IMG/VR virus record: IMGVR_UViG_3300010232_000155
Reading direction: 5' to 3' (one strand)
Source of the DNA: a virus
Length of the DNA stretch: 64,000 nt
A model generated the notes under the pieces. The model had not been told where the DNA came from. It did not search any database and saw nothing but the letters and a program-made list of their open reading frames with translations. The position numbers and the translations under genes were made by a program. Numbering within the stretch: the first letter of the stretch is position 1; every line of letters begins with the position of its first letter. Below, piece after piece: positions 39,456-48,431 of the stretch.

Positions 39456-39779
39456 CTATCTCCAATCCTCTAGCAGTTCAGGCCAGTTGATGCTCGGGAA
39501 AAATTCTTGCCAGTGGGCTTGTTCAAACCAACCACACGTAAATTGGACGACAGCACAATCGTCATTGCTACACTGGTATACTCTCTTGCGTTCCTTATAA
39601 GATACTGTCATACACTGTGGGCAGCACTTCCTTGCAGCGGTAATATCAATCCCATTATCAGGATCATGAGCGTATACTTCGTCTAGATCAATTGTTTCAT
39701 CATCGTTTACTGGATTATCGTCTTTGTCCTCATCATCCGATGCTCCCTCGTAATCGTCTATGAGGTCTTCGAGTGTCAT
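39456..39779 (-). CDS. Zn-ribbon protein with acidic N-terminus
   Basis: CPQC...CSNDDC; starts MTLEDLIDD. Confidence 0.7.
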   Translation of the reverse strand: MTLEDLIDDYEGASDDEDKDDNPVNDDETIDLDEVYAHDPDNGIDITAARKCCPQCMTVSYKERKRVYQCSNDDCAVVQFTCGWFEQAHWQEFFPSINWPELLEDWR

Positions 39780-40093
39780 ACTTTGAAGTGTTCGTCCTCT
39801 GCTTGTTTACCCAGTGCTTTCTCATAAAAGGCCATTCTGTAATAGGTCAGCAAGTCATCCACGTTCTTCAAACTGGGGCTAGTGTCTCCTTTCTCCCAAC
39901 TTCTGAGCGTACGTGCTTTCACTCCAAGATCATTGGCAACTTGGGTTTGTGGAAGGTCGAGATATAATCTCATAATCCTGAGCTGGTTTGGTGTTGGCAG
40001 TTTGTACTGCCACGGGTTGACTTGCTCGATACCATTACTCATCTTTTTTGAGTGCAATCGCTCGTTCTTCGTTTTTGAAATTGTATACTCCAC
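39776..40093 (-). CDS. XRE-family helix-turn-helix regulator
   Basis: LRIMRLYLDLPQTQVANDLGVKARTLRSWEKGDTSP. Confidence 0.9.
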   Translation of the reverse strand: MEYTISKTKNERLHSKKMSNGIEQVNPWQYKLPTPNQLRIMRLYLDLPQTQVANDLGVKARTLRSWEKGDTSPSLKNVDDLLTYYRMAFYEKALGKQAEDEHFKV

Positions 40094-40183
40094 AGATCAT
40101 ACAATACGAACTATATTGTTTCGGTTCTTCATAGGCGAGTGTCACTCGTGCTTTCCTATTACAACCAAGAGCATCGCAGTCCA

Positions 40184-40444
40184 TTACATTTCGGTCCTAT
40201 CGATCCTAGGTTTGGTCGGGATGTACGTAATAACGTTACAATTGCCATTATTACATCTCCAGTAATACGCAACTTGCTCAGTGTCATCAGTCGCACACTC
40301 TGGGCATACTTCGGGATTACTGAGCTTATCCTTATTACTCTTGACTCCAACTAGTGTTCCCAGTCCAGATGACTCGTCCTCGAATAGTTTGACACCATCC
40401 TCATCTTCTTCTTCTGCCTCGTCAATTAGATCATTCAGTGACAT
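40184..40444 (-). CDS. Zn-ribbon protein with acidic N-terminus
   Basis: CPEC...CNNGNC; start set at MSLNDLIDE. Confidence 0.7.
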   Translation of the reverse strand: MSLNDLIDEAEEEDEDGVKLFEDESSGLGTLVGVKSNKDKLSNPEVCPECATDDTEQVAYYWRCNNGNCNVITYIPTKPRIDRTEM

Positions 40445-40640
40445 GCTCTTCACATAGTACGCCATCTTCGATTATTGCCCATCCTCTCTCCTCAATTTTA
40501 TCATCTATGTTATCAACATCGTCTACTATGATCCTGAGAATATTCGTACACTCGCCGGAAGATGTACTGACATGATCACAATAGACTGTTACTTGGTACT
40601 TCATGTGCAGGACTGTGAGTCCTGCTCTAGTTTCCCACAC
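40431..40640 (-). CDS. Small zinc-binding protein
   Basis: YCDH...EC...W......LCEEH. Confidence 0.6.
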   Translation of the reverse strand: MWETRAGLTVLHMKYQVTVYCDHVSTSSGECTNILRIIVDDVDNIDDKIEERGWAIIEDGVLCEEHVTE

Positions 40641-40657
40641 GTATAGTAGTTATGCTC

Positions 40658-41815
40658 TCAACTAAATTGATCCTCACCAATCGTGATACTTGCAGACTCA
40701 TAGCCATCCTTATTTGCAGTTATCGTGTAATCGCCAATTGGTACGTCTTTGAATACTGCAACTCCATCTTCACCTGCTGACTTACTATCACCAGTTTCTC
40801 CCTTAATACTTACTTGGGCATTGGGAACTGCGTTGGCATTAGGATCTGAAATAACTGCCTTAATATTGCCAAGATCCGGCTCACCATCGTCTTTTTTCTC
40901 CAAGATCAGATTAACCGTCGCAACTGGCCTTCTCGTTCCCTCACCAGTCACGATCTCAAGACCAGTCTCGGATTCTACGTTGGTCGCATAATTCATCACT
41001 GTGGCACGACTCGACCCTGCAAATAAGAGTCCAGCTGGCAAGTGCGTCTCGTCGAATAGTACGGCAGAACCAGAGTCACCTGGGTCACTCATATCAGTCG
41101 TGATGAATTGATCCTTCATCGTAATGACTCCAGGATCGCCAAAGTTAACATCGACACTCACGCTCACTTGTCTGACTTCACCAGTCGTAACACCGGTAGT
41201 ACGACCACTCTTGACAACCACGTCTCCAAGCTCGGGTCTCTCGGGTTCGCCTCGTGGCATCCCGACTGTTACTAGTTCGTTCGTATGCTCGACTTCTTGA
41301 GATGCCCAGGCCACGTCCACGGTAGTACCATCTTCAACTGGAACGTAGCCTGCGAGTGTTGCAGATTGATCATCCACGGTCCCACCATCAGCTGATCCTG
41401 GCTGGATTATAGTGTCTCCCTCTTCGCCCTTGTTGATATTAGCGTAGACGTGATTGTTCGAGGCTGTGTATTGCGTACTGCCATCTGTTAGCACGTATGA
41501 AACAGTGCCAGCAGTAACGTCAACGTGACCGACTGAGACACCACTGACGACTGGCCTGTTCTTCTCCTTGCGACCAGTTTGTGGTTCGGCTAATTGTGAG
41601 ACAACTTCGATAGTAAACTCCTCGCCTTCTTCTACTCGCGTGTTAGTATTTTCTAATTCTTGTGGGAGGCTGAGTGATTCAGCAGTTCCCTCTTCGACTG
41701 TAATAACTACGGCCTCATTGCCATCACCGTCGAGACCAATACCAACAGCGTGTACGTTTTCCTCGTTGAGGAGTGCATCCTCGTATTGTTCTTTTATTTC
41801 TTGTAGTTCAGCCAT
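40658..41815 (-). CDS. Trypsin-like (S1/PA clan) serine protease with N-terminal prodomain and C-terminal Ig/carboxypeptidase-regulatory-like domain
   Basis: SNNHV (His), DVAWA (Asp), SGRTTGVT, PGDSGS (Ser); C-terminal G...F..VP.GDYTITA.K.GY. Confidence 0.85.
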   Translation of the reverse strand: MAELQEIKEQYEDALLNEENVHAVGIGLDGDGNEAVVITVEEGTAESLSLPQELENTNTRVEEGEEFTIEVVSQLAEPQTGRKEKNRPVVSGVSVGHVDVTAGTVSYVLTDGSTQYTASNNHVYANINKGEEGDTIIQPGSADGGTVDDQSATLAGYVPVEDGTTVDVAWASQEVEHTNELVTVGMPRGEPERPELGDVVVKSGRTTGVTTGEVRQVSVSVDVNFGDPGVITMKDQFITTDMSDPGDSGSAVLFDETHLPAGLLFAGSSRATVMNYATNVESETGLEIVTGEGTRRPVATVNLILEKKDDGEPDLGNIKAVISDPNANAVPNAQVSIKGETGDSKSAGEDGVAVFKDVPIGDYTITANKDGYESASITIGEDQFS

Positions 41816-41818
41816 TGA

Positions 41819-41953
41819 TGGGCACAGGGGGATTTGAACCCCCGATCAATTACTTTCTCCCGAGAGTAGGCTGACTGTGACATCTGGTTCTCTCGCGGAA
41901 GTCCTACTCTCGTTAGAAAACAATTGCTCTAGTCCGTGCTGAGCCATGTGCCC
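41819..41953 (-). tRNA. trnR: tRNA-Arg(TCT) with 59-nt canonical 37/38 BHB intron
   Basis: Acceptor GGGCACA/TGTGCCC, D-stem GCTC/GAGC, T-arm GGGGG-TTCAAAT-CCCCC; intron helix CGAGAGTAGG/CCTACTCTCG; two G-U pairs in the anticodon stem; no encoded CCA. Confidence 0.88.
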
Positions 41954-42084
41954 GAGTAGTGGGTTAAGCCCACTAGTCTGCCAGTGACCAACTGACCATT
42001 TGCACGTTGAGCATCGTGAACCCATGAGTGGCAACACACAGCGAGATGCTCTCCCACGTTTTATAACGCGCTGTGCAGGCGCAG

Positions 42085-42203
42085 TAGTCCCGAGCGGATT
42101 TGAACCGCTGTCGTGAGCTTTCTTCTCAGGCTGATGGCACGCTAGTATGGCAGGGATTATCTGATCCAAAGGCTCATGTGATTGGCCGCTACACCACGGG
42201 ACT
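42085..42203 (-). tRNA. trnQ: tRNA-Gln(TTG) with 46-nt canonical 37/38 BHB intron
   Basis: AGTCCCG/CGGGACT acceptor, TGAGC/GCTCA anticodon stem, CTTT:GAAG central BHB helix, T-arm AGCGG-TTCAAAT-CCGCT. Confidence 0.92.
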
Positions 42204-42366
42204 GAACCACCCAGGATGTCTGGGTGGATTTTTCCGGGCTTGGGATCGACGGGCAGTGATAGGGAGTTGCCAGCTCCTCCTCCAGATCCACGAGCGTGAG
42301 CAGCAGCGCGTGACCTGAACTCAGCAGACCTCATTGCTGGATATTTAACGCCTCCAGCAGGGCAAG

Positions 42367-42541
42367 TGGGATACGAAGGAGTCGAACCTTCGACCTCTCC
42401 TACCGCTGACCTATTATCCCATAATAGCAACCGAGGGCTATCACCCTCCTCGTGAGTACGGTTGCCAGTTCCAGCTCCGTTGCTCCTACGGATCGTGCTG
42501 GGATCGGGATCAAGTTTGCATCCAATGCAAACTGTGATCCC
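42367..42541 (-). ncRNA. tRNA-like RNA (175 nt): intact T-arm and 3' acceptor strand, no recognisable anticodon arm, multi-hairpin insert
   Basis: 3' end AGGTC-GAAGG-TTCGACT-CCTTC-GTATCCC-A; 5' GGGAT(C)AC can pair with GTATCCC; several perfect internal hairpins. Confidence 0.55.
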
Positions 42542-42545
42542 TAAC

Positions 42546-42696
42546 TGGGCCACCTCGGATTTGCACCGAGAATGAGAAGCAACGGTGGGAACTGAGGGGA
42601 ATGACGGACACTTGATCCTCGGGAGTGAATCAGCCTCGGTCATGCTGCTTCTCATTTCTTGAGCCGAGTACTGTTACCAGACTTGGCTAATGGCCC
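42546..42696 (-). ncRNA. tRNA-Leu(CAA)-like RNA (151 nt) with a long insert replacing positions ~38-48
   Basis: Acceptor GGGCCAT/GTGGCCC-A, Leu-like D region, CTCGG-CT-CAA-GA, then a 13-bp helix AATGAGAAGCAGC/GTTGCTTCTCATT abutting the T-arm CTCGG-TGCAAAT-CCGAG. Confidence 0.6.
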
Positions 42697-42729
42697 TGAC
42701 ATACGCCATCGATCCATACGCACGGGGGG

Positions 42730-42737
42730 TACTTAAA
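42730..42737 (-). promoter_or_regulatory. TATA box of the RNA operon
   Basis: TTTAAGTA 34 nt upstream of the first tRNA-like RNA; same TTTAAGTAC core at 63194-63202. Confidence 0.7.
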
Positions 42738-42747
42738 CCCACCTATC

Positions 42748-43629
42748 CTACGATGAGTCAGTCACTGCAAGAGTACGATCTTCAATTACTCGATCAGGAA
42801 CTTTACCGAGTTCACCAGTGGCTGGGAAGCGTGGTGAGATGAACCACGTTGCTTTAACGTCAGTCTCCGTTTGACACACTACTTTCATCGGCACGGCATG
42901 ACCGAAACCGAGCCTGGCTTGCTCGCCAAACACGTTAATATCACTAGTAAGATCCAATGATAATAGTACTTCTGCTCGCTTTTGTTCAGTCGGATCGTCA
43001 ATAGCAACACCCTCCTTGTTGGGTGGAGTCAGGTCACCCCAATTAATTTCATACTCATCAAAATCCTCCCAATGGATAGTTTCTGCTAACTCGTAATCAT
43101 CCCTACTAGAATAAAGATGCAATAAGCCTTCACTGGCAGACATCCAGAAGTGCCCACGATCATCATTCCCATCGAACACGTAACTCTGAGCTTCGGTAAT
43201 GAAGTCCATGATCCAATCATCATCTCCATAAACTTTGATGGGTAAGTCCAAGTTAGGAACAGATTCGGGGATCTGGGCTACGTCACTCACATCTGTCAGT
43301 GGTACTGTATACGTCCTACCAGCAACACTCATCTTAATCTTGTGAACACCGTGACCAAGGTCAATATTGAGTGTTACTGGATCATCAGTATTGGGAATAA
43401 TCCCTTCAATATCCCCAATACGGACACCGATCTCAGTACCTGGATCGACATCGTAGGTTTCCATCGCTGATTCTGGAATCAACGAGGCGTATGCACTGGC
43501 ACCCGATGGGTGTTCTAATTCTTGTATGATCCCGGCTGATTTCAACTTGAACACTGACTCGTCACTATACTGTGCTGCTGCCGCGACGACCTCGTAGAGG
43601 TCTTGCGATTTTTTGATCTGTATTTTCAT
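42748..43629 (-). CDS. pcn: Divergent PCNA sliding clamp
   Basis: DESVFKL...EHPS...L....METY.V.....IGVRI pattern, two-domain length, adjacent to PolB. Confidence 0.7.
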   Translation of the reverse strand: MKIQIKKSQDLYEVVAAAAQYSDESVFKLKSAGIIQELEHPSGASAYASLIPESAMETYDVDPGTEIGVRIGDIEGIIPNTDDPVTLNIDLGHGVHKIKMSVAGRTYTVPLTDVSDVAQIPESVPNLDLPIKVYGDDDWIMDFITEAQSYVFDGNDDRGHFWMSASEGLLHLYSSRDDYELAETIHWEDFDEYEINWGDLTPPNKEGVAIDDPTEQKRAEVLLSLDLTSDINVFGEQARLGFGHAVPMKVVCQTETDVKATWFISPRFPATGELGKVPDRVIEDRTLAVTDSS

Positions 43630-43718
43630 GGTTTCACTATAGGAATGATTCTCTCCACACCCTATTCATCCGGGCACCATATAAAAGTGTCGGTGGCGGG
43701 ACGACTGGACTAACGTGC

Positions 43719-46700
43719 TTACCAGTCAGCAAGTGATGGTTGATCTGGTTCATCATCGTCATCATCCTCCTCCCCTATTGTCTTATTATTATTTATCTCA
43801 GACAAGTCAACTGTTTCTATCTCCTTGTTATCGTCATTATCTGTAATATCTTCCTCGTCGTTTTCCACGTCCAAGTCGAACTCGTCAAATACTGAATCTC
43901 TATTATCCTGATCTGTAAACGTGTCGATCACTTCGGGTTCTTCCTCGTCCTCTTCTGGTGGTACGTCTCGCTCCCAGTCAATAGTATCGACAGCATCCTC
44001 GTTTTCAGTACCATTACTAATAAAGTCATCATCATCTGCGATAGTCTCCTCCGTGTTAGAATCAAAACTGCCTATCGAGGCTTGATCTTGTCCAGTTCTG
44101 ATTTCCTCCCATAACCATTCAGTACACTCGATAATTCTCGATAATGGGCCATCGATCTGTATATCTAAGTACTTATCAAAGTCAATCGTGACCGTATCTG
44201 GCACATTGTTCTGATTCATCCAGACTATGAATTTTGAATCCTTTAGAGTTGGTGCTGGTGGATACTCTCCACCAACACGCTCAACATAGATGCCCTTCGG
44301 CTTATCTCCGGGTTGTATCTGCTCACCAAGATGCTCGTTAGCATACTCTGCACCTCGAACATGCTTGGTCTTACTATCGTACTGGTCAAACGCACGACCG
44401 ATGCCACCAGCGATGCCTAACTCGTCATATTCAAATGCTAAGTTCTTGATCTTCTCAATCCTGTCACGGACTAGATCGGATACTTCTTGTTTTTCAGCAC
44501 CCATCAGTATTGCTTCTATCAAGTCCATTTGTAGGTTCCTGGCAACGTCACTGTAGTCAGATCGTTGGAACTCGAAACCAACGATGTCAATATCATCGAC
44601 GTGTTTTCCCTCTTTCCAAATGATATGACCAGCATAGCGTTTCTTCTTACCAGCTTGGATGAATATCCTGTAAAGTTTCTCGAACTCCATTTCAAACCAA
44701 TGCTCATCTGTATTAAGACGTTCTCTAGCAAACTCATCATAGGCCTCGTTAATTACTTTCTCCATCTCAAAAGAAAGTTCGATAACTTCAGTAGCAGTAT
44801 TAGTATCAGTAAATTCAACCATAACGCTGTCAGTGTCTCCGTATATGACCTCATAGCCCATATCACTGACTTTCTCTTGGGTAAACTTGATCACTTCTCG
44901 ACCAGTTGCTGTCACGGCAGCTGCATTATCTTGATCGTATAATCGGAAACGATCCCAACCGAGTAACCCGTACAAAGTATTACCAGTCCATTGGAATTTA
45001 CCATTACGACCTGCGAGTACAGTATAATTACCTCTCACAGTTATACAGTATACTTGACCGTCATGATCTTTAGTTTCTACTTCTTCTTTTCTGAATGAGC
45101 CACTATTTCTGTTAAGATATATCGTCCAAAAATCATCATCTTGCGATACAGAGGGTTTAAATCCGCACTTGACAGATAATTTTACAAGATCCTCTTTCAT
45201 CTGATCGCTTGTAGTACTGTATGCATAGGAATCATTCCCGTGTTGACGACCGTTAGCTCTGATCAATACATCAAGCAGGTGCATCAAGATTGTACCATCT
45301 ATCTGGTTATCAAATATATACTCTGGTATCTTTCTATTTTTTGATCCTAAATAGCTGGGCATCTCCGTATCTTTTGGTTCTGCAATAGTTTGGTCTACAA
45401 AAATATCGTAAACTAGTCTATTACTTATAATAATATCATCGTCACTCGTACCATACTGAATACCAAGTCTATCAAGCAGAGTTTTAATTTTACTCGTCTC
45501 ATAATCATCTGTCCGAGTCATATTTATTCTCTTATATTCACCTCCAGTTGATTTTTCCCCATGATAAAATGATCCTCTTGCGATAATCCAACCAGTTAAC
45601 TTGAGCCAGTCATAAAGATCATACCTTAGATAGATACTGCCTTTATTTTTATCAGGCTGTATCTGAATAATATCTGCCTTTTCATACAGTTCTTCTCCGT
45701 ACTTCCAATATAGATCAAGATCAGTAAGTAAGTACTGATTGCGTCGGTCATAATAGGATAGAGCATTTTCAAGTTCCGATGGTAAATTAGCTTTAAATGT
45801 GCTGCCATGCGCTGTCGGTGTTATCCAGAGCATTGCCTCATCCACGAAGTTAACAATATCCACCACTGTTTCAGCACGTCCGTCAAACTTATTATGGAGT
45901 GGTATATTATAATCGTATCCCCTGCTGAGATCATCATAATGTTCCATGAAGGAACCAGTATGTGAGTCACTATTTACAAACATTCTATGACTAGGAGTAA
46001 TCATAAGATCAGTATGTTGAGTCTGAATATGCTCTAATTCCCTATGCAGATTTTCTTGCCTAGTCGTATCAATCACATCCCTGATCTCAACATCATGAGT
46101 ATCTGGATTAATAGTATAAACCTCATCTCCAACTTCAATGTCTTTAATATTCCGTATTCCATCTGGCGTAACTACATCAGTATCTCCACTAAAACAGTTC
46201 ATAATTACCTTCACCGCACGCTGCTGCATATCGAACTTATGATACTGTCTTGATCCAGCTGATTGGGAATTACGCTTTTCCTTTAACAAATCCCGCTCAT
46301 CAAGTAGATCATCAATCATCTGCTTAACGATTGAATCCTTCTCCGTCGTATATGAAACACCATTCGGAGCTGTAATCTCACCATCAGGATCCTTAGTACG
46401 CGGTCCCGCGTTGAGCGTCTCCATCGACATCGGATAGAGAGACTTCAGATCCAGAACTGAAATCATTTCCTTAACTTCAGTAGCCGGATCAAACACTTCA
46501 GCTCCTTCAAACTCCTCATCACCACCTTCCACTGTCCTAGACGATGGGAGTACGAACCTCCCATTACACGTTCTCAACACGTAAATATCAGCAGCCTTGG
46601 AATAATCAACAACCTCACCGAGCCTACCACCGACAAAATTACAGACCTCCTCATAAAAAGCGACAATATCACGCTCCTCCTCTAGTGCAACTGTAAGATA

Positions 46701-47735
46701 CACGTCCCTGATGTTATACTCTAAAAGTGTACTAAGATCATCGTGATACATCGTATTGATGGATTGTCCTTCTTTCTCCAGCTTGCCAATATCTAATTCT
46801 TCCTGGGCTACGTCATCGAGACTAAACGAGTCAAGCTCGCTAAACTCTAGATTCTTATACCCATCGAGCATGTCGAACACTGCAATACCCTTGATCTTCC
46901 CAATAGTCCTCCCGTAAAACGTATCATCATACGCAGTTCCTAATGGCGAAAGCGTATCTGACTCAATGCCATCTAACGTTTCACACCTGTTAATCAGATA
47001 GACCGCGTCGAACTCTTTAAAATTCCATCCAGTAAGTACATCAGGCCAATGCTCATCAAGATACTCTGCAAATGCTTCAAGCATTTTAACCTCGTCATCA
47101 AAGATCTCAAGATTAACATCATCAACATACTGCGTCTCAATAGCAGGTTCACGTCCTTTCTTCTCGAACAAGTAGACATGATACTCTCCCGTAAACGAAT
47201 CATAGAAAGAGATGCATACTATTGGTTTAATCGCTTCTTGCTCGTCGGGGAAACCACCCTCATCATCGACTTCAATATCGCAAAAGAGCATTCTCGTCTC
47301 AGTAGAGTACTCGATCTTGTCTATATCCTCCAGTGGGACTTCCTGTCCTGCTACATCATCAATCTCGACACCACGATAAATGCCAGTATCCAGGGAGAAC
47401 CTATTTGGGAACAGGATGTCAGCCTCGTAATGCTCGAAACGATCCCTGACTTGAGGCACGTCACCGGGCATGTACGTGTAAACCCTGCTCAATTCCCTCC
47501 CCCTGATCGAAGTATATCCATCTTCGACTCGATCAACCAGGTGGTGATTCAATAAGTCAGTATCAACTTGCTCGCTCGGTACGCAGAAGTAAGGGTCGAC
47601 TTCACGATTCTCAAGATGGATCCTATTATCATCTTCATCTCGTCCGATCAGGTTCATCACTGGTCGATCTCGACCATTACGCTGTTCACGAGTATAGTCT
47701 AACTTCTTAAGTTCTACTCTCATAATCTTCAACAC
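43719..47735 (-). CDS. polB: Family B DNA polymerase with intein and acidic C-terminal tail
   Basis: Exo I DIE, motif A DLKSLYP, motif B KVIMN/TLYG, motif C YGDTDS; tail ends QPSLADW (PIP-like). Confidence 0.97.
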   Translation of the reverse strand: MLKIMRVELKKLDYTREQRNGRDRPVMNLIGRDEDDNRIHLENREVDPYFCVPSEQVDTDLLNHHLVDRVEDGYTSIRGRELSRVYTYMPGDVPQVRDRFEHYEADILFPNRFSLDTGIYRGVEIDDVAGQEVPLEDIDKIEYSTETRMLFCDIEVDDEGGFPDEQEAIKPIVCISFYDSFTGEYHVYLFEKKGREPAIETQYVDDVNLEIFDDEVKMLEAFAEYLDEHWPDVLTGWNFKEFDAVYLINRCETLDGIESDTLSPLGTAYDDTFYGRTIGKIKGIAVFDMLDGYKNLEFSELDSFSLDDVAQEELDIGKLEKEGQSINTMYHDDLSTLLEYNIRDVYLTVALEEERDIVAFYEEVCNFVGGRLGEVVDYSKAADIYVLRTCNGRFVLPSSRTVEGGDEEFEGAEVFDPATEVKEMISVLDLKSLYPMSMETLNAGPRTKDPDGEITAPNGVSYTTEKDSIVKQMIDDLLDERDLLKEKRNSQSAGSRQYHKFDMQQRAVKVIMNCFSGDTDVVTPDGIRNIKDIEVGDEVYTINPDTHDVEIRDVIDTTRQENLHRELEHIQTQHTDLMITPSHRMFVNSDSHTGSFMEHYDDLSRGYDYNIPLHNKFDGRAETVVDIVNFVDEAMLWITPTAHGSTFKANLPSELENALSYYDRRNQYLLTDLDLYWKYGEELYEKADIIQIQPDKNKGSIYLRYDLYDWLKLTGWIIARGSFYHGEKSTGGEYKRINMTRTDDYETSKIKTLLDRLGIQYGTSDDDIIISNRLVYDIFVDQTIAEPKDTEMPSYLGSKNRKIPEYIFDNQIDGTILMHLLDVLIRANGRQHGNDSYAYSTTSDQMKEDLVKLSVKCGFKPSVSQDDDFWTIYLNRNSGSFRKEEVETKDHDGQVYCITVRGNYTVLAGRNGKFQWTGNTLYGLLGWDRFRLYDQDNAAAVTATGREVIKFTQEKVSDMGYEVIYGDTDSVMVEFTDTNTATEVIELSFEMEKVINEAYDEFARERLNTDEHWFEMEFEKLYRIFIQAGKKKRYAGHIIWKEGKHVDDIDIVGFEFQRSDYSDVARNLQMDLIEAILMGAEKQEVSDLVRDRIEKIKNLAFEYDELGIAGGIGRAFDQYDSKTKHVRGAEYANEHLGEQIQPGDKPKGIYVERVGGEYPPAPTLKDSKFIVWMNQNNVPDTVTIDFDKYLDIQIDGPLSRIIECTEWLWEEIRTGQDQASIGSFDSNTEETIADDDDFISNGTENEDAVDTIDWERDVPPEEDEEEPEVIDTFTDQDNRDSVFDEFDLDVENDEEDITDNDDNKEIETVDLSEINNNKTIGEEDDDDDEPDQPSLADW
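44979..46196 (-). mobile_element. Intein (406 aa) in polymerase motif B with degenerate LAGLIDADG-type endonuclease
   Basis: KVIMN|CFSGDT...GRNGKFQWTGN|TLYG. Confidence 0.92.
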
Positions 47736-48150
47736 CTCCGATGGTTGAGTTCCGTGGGTCTAAAATATTATCGTCCGATACCAATAAGTCTTTCGCTAGC
47801 TCTGTTCTCAAGAATACGAGAATCACGACCTCGTCACCAGCATCAAACGAACCATCACTACCCCTCGGGTGAATACGCTTCAAAGCTTCACCAACGTCTC
47901 TCGTATTGGCAACGTAGGCTTTGAGAATATCTGGTACTTCAGACCACTCACACTTAGTTTTGGCTATCAGTACTGCCTCGTGCATGTAATTATACGGTCC
48001 CTCGTCACCATTCTCCTCGTCTCTAATTCGGATCTCGTATTCTTTAAACAAGTCATAACTGTTCTGATGTGGTGTCGTGATCTTAACGTACACTGGTTCT
48101 TTCATTGTTGGATTATAATACTTGACAGTATCAATGGGCATTATTACCAA
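47707..48150 (-). CDS. Hypothetical protein
   Basis: 147-aa ORF in the replication operon. Confidence 0.7.
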   Translation of the reverse strand: MVIMPIDTVKYYNPTMKEPVYVKITTPHQNSYDLFKEYEIRIRDEENGDEGPYNYMHEAVLIAKTKCEWSEVPDILKAYVANTRDVGEALKRIHPRGSDGSFDAGDEVVILVFLRTELAKDLLVSDDNILDPRNSTIGGVEDYESRT

Positions 48151-48431
48151 TTAAGATCATTATCATCTGTCTCTTCTTCATCACTGTGTTCCTCGTCAGT
48201 CAGTTCTCGTTGAACGATGGCTTCGAGCAGTACTACTCGATTTTCGAGATCCTCTAATCGTTTATCATAATGAGCGAGACCTCTACTAATATATCCTACT
48301 TTTTCTTCTAATAGTTCAAGATCCTCCTTGGATTCGACACCAAGATCATCCAGTATATCTAGTTTCTCTTGCTGTTCGACACTCTTATCTACTTGATCTA
48401 CGAGATCGTCAATTCCCATCTTACCACCCAA
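48144..48431 (-). CDS. Coiled-coil protein with GIDDLV N-terminal motif
   Basis: Heptads LAHYDKRLEDLENRVVLLE. Confidence 0.7.
   Translation of the reverse strand: MGGKMGIDDLVDQVDKSVEQQEKLDILDDLGVESKEDLELLEEKVGYISRGLAHYDKRLEDLENRVVLLEAIVQRELTDEEHSDEEETDDNDLNW

Noticed and set aside
41855-42166. Box C/D guide RNAs in the tRNA introns (as in haloarchaeal tRNA-Trp)
   Set aside because: No RUGAUGA box C with a correctly spaced CUGA box D in either intron
42367-42420. Permuted or trans-spliced tRNA half
   Set aside because: No GGGATAC-starting 5' half downstream or elsewhere nearby, and no complementary leader forming a BHB; kept only as a tRNA-like RNA
42546-42696. True tmRNA
   Set aside because: No G3-U70 alanine identity pair, far too short, no tag ORF ending inside the RNA, and no SmpB gene seen
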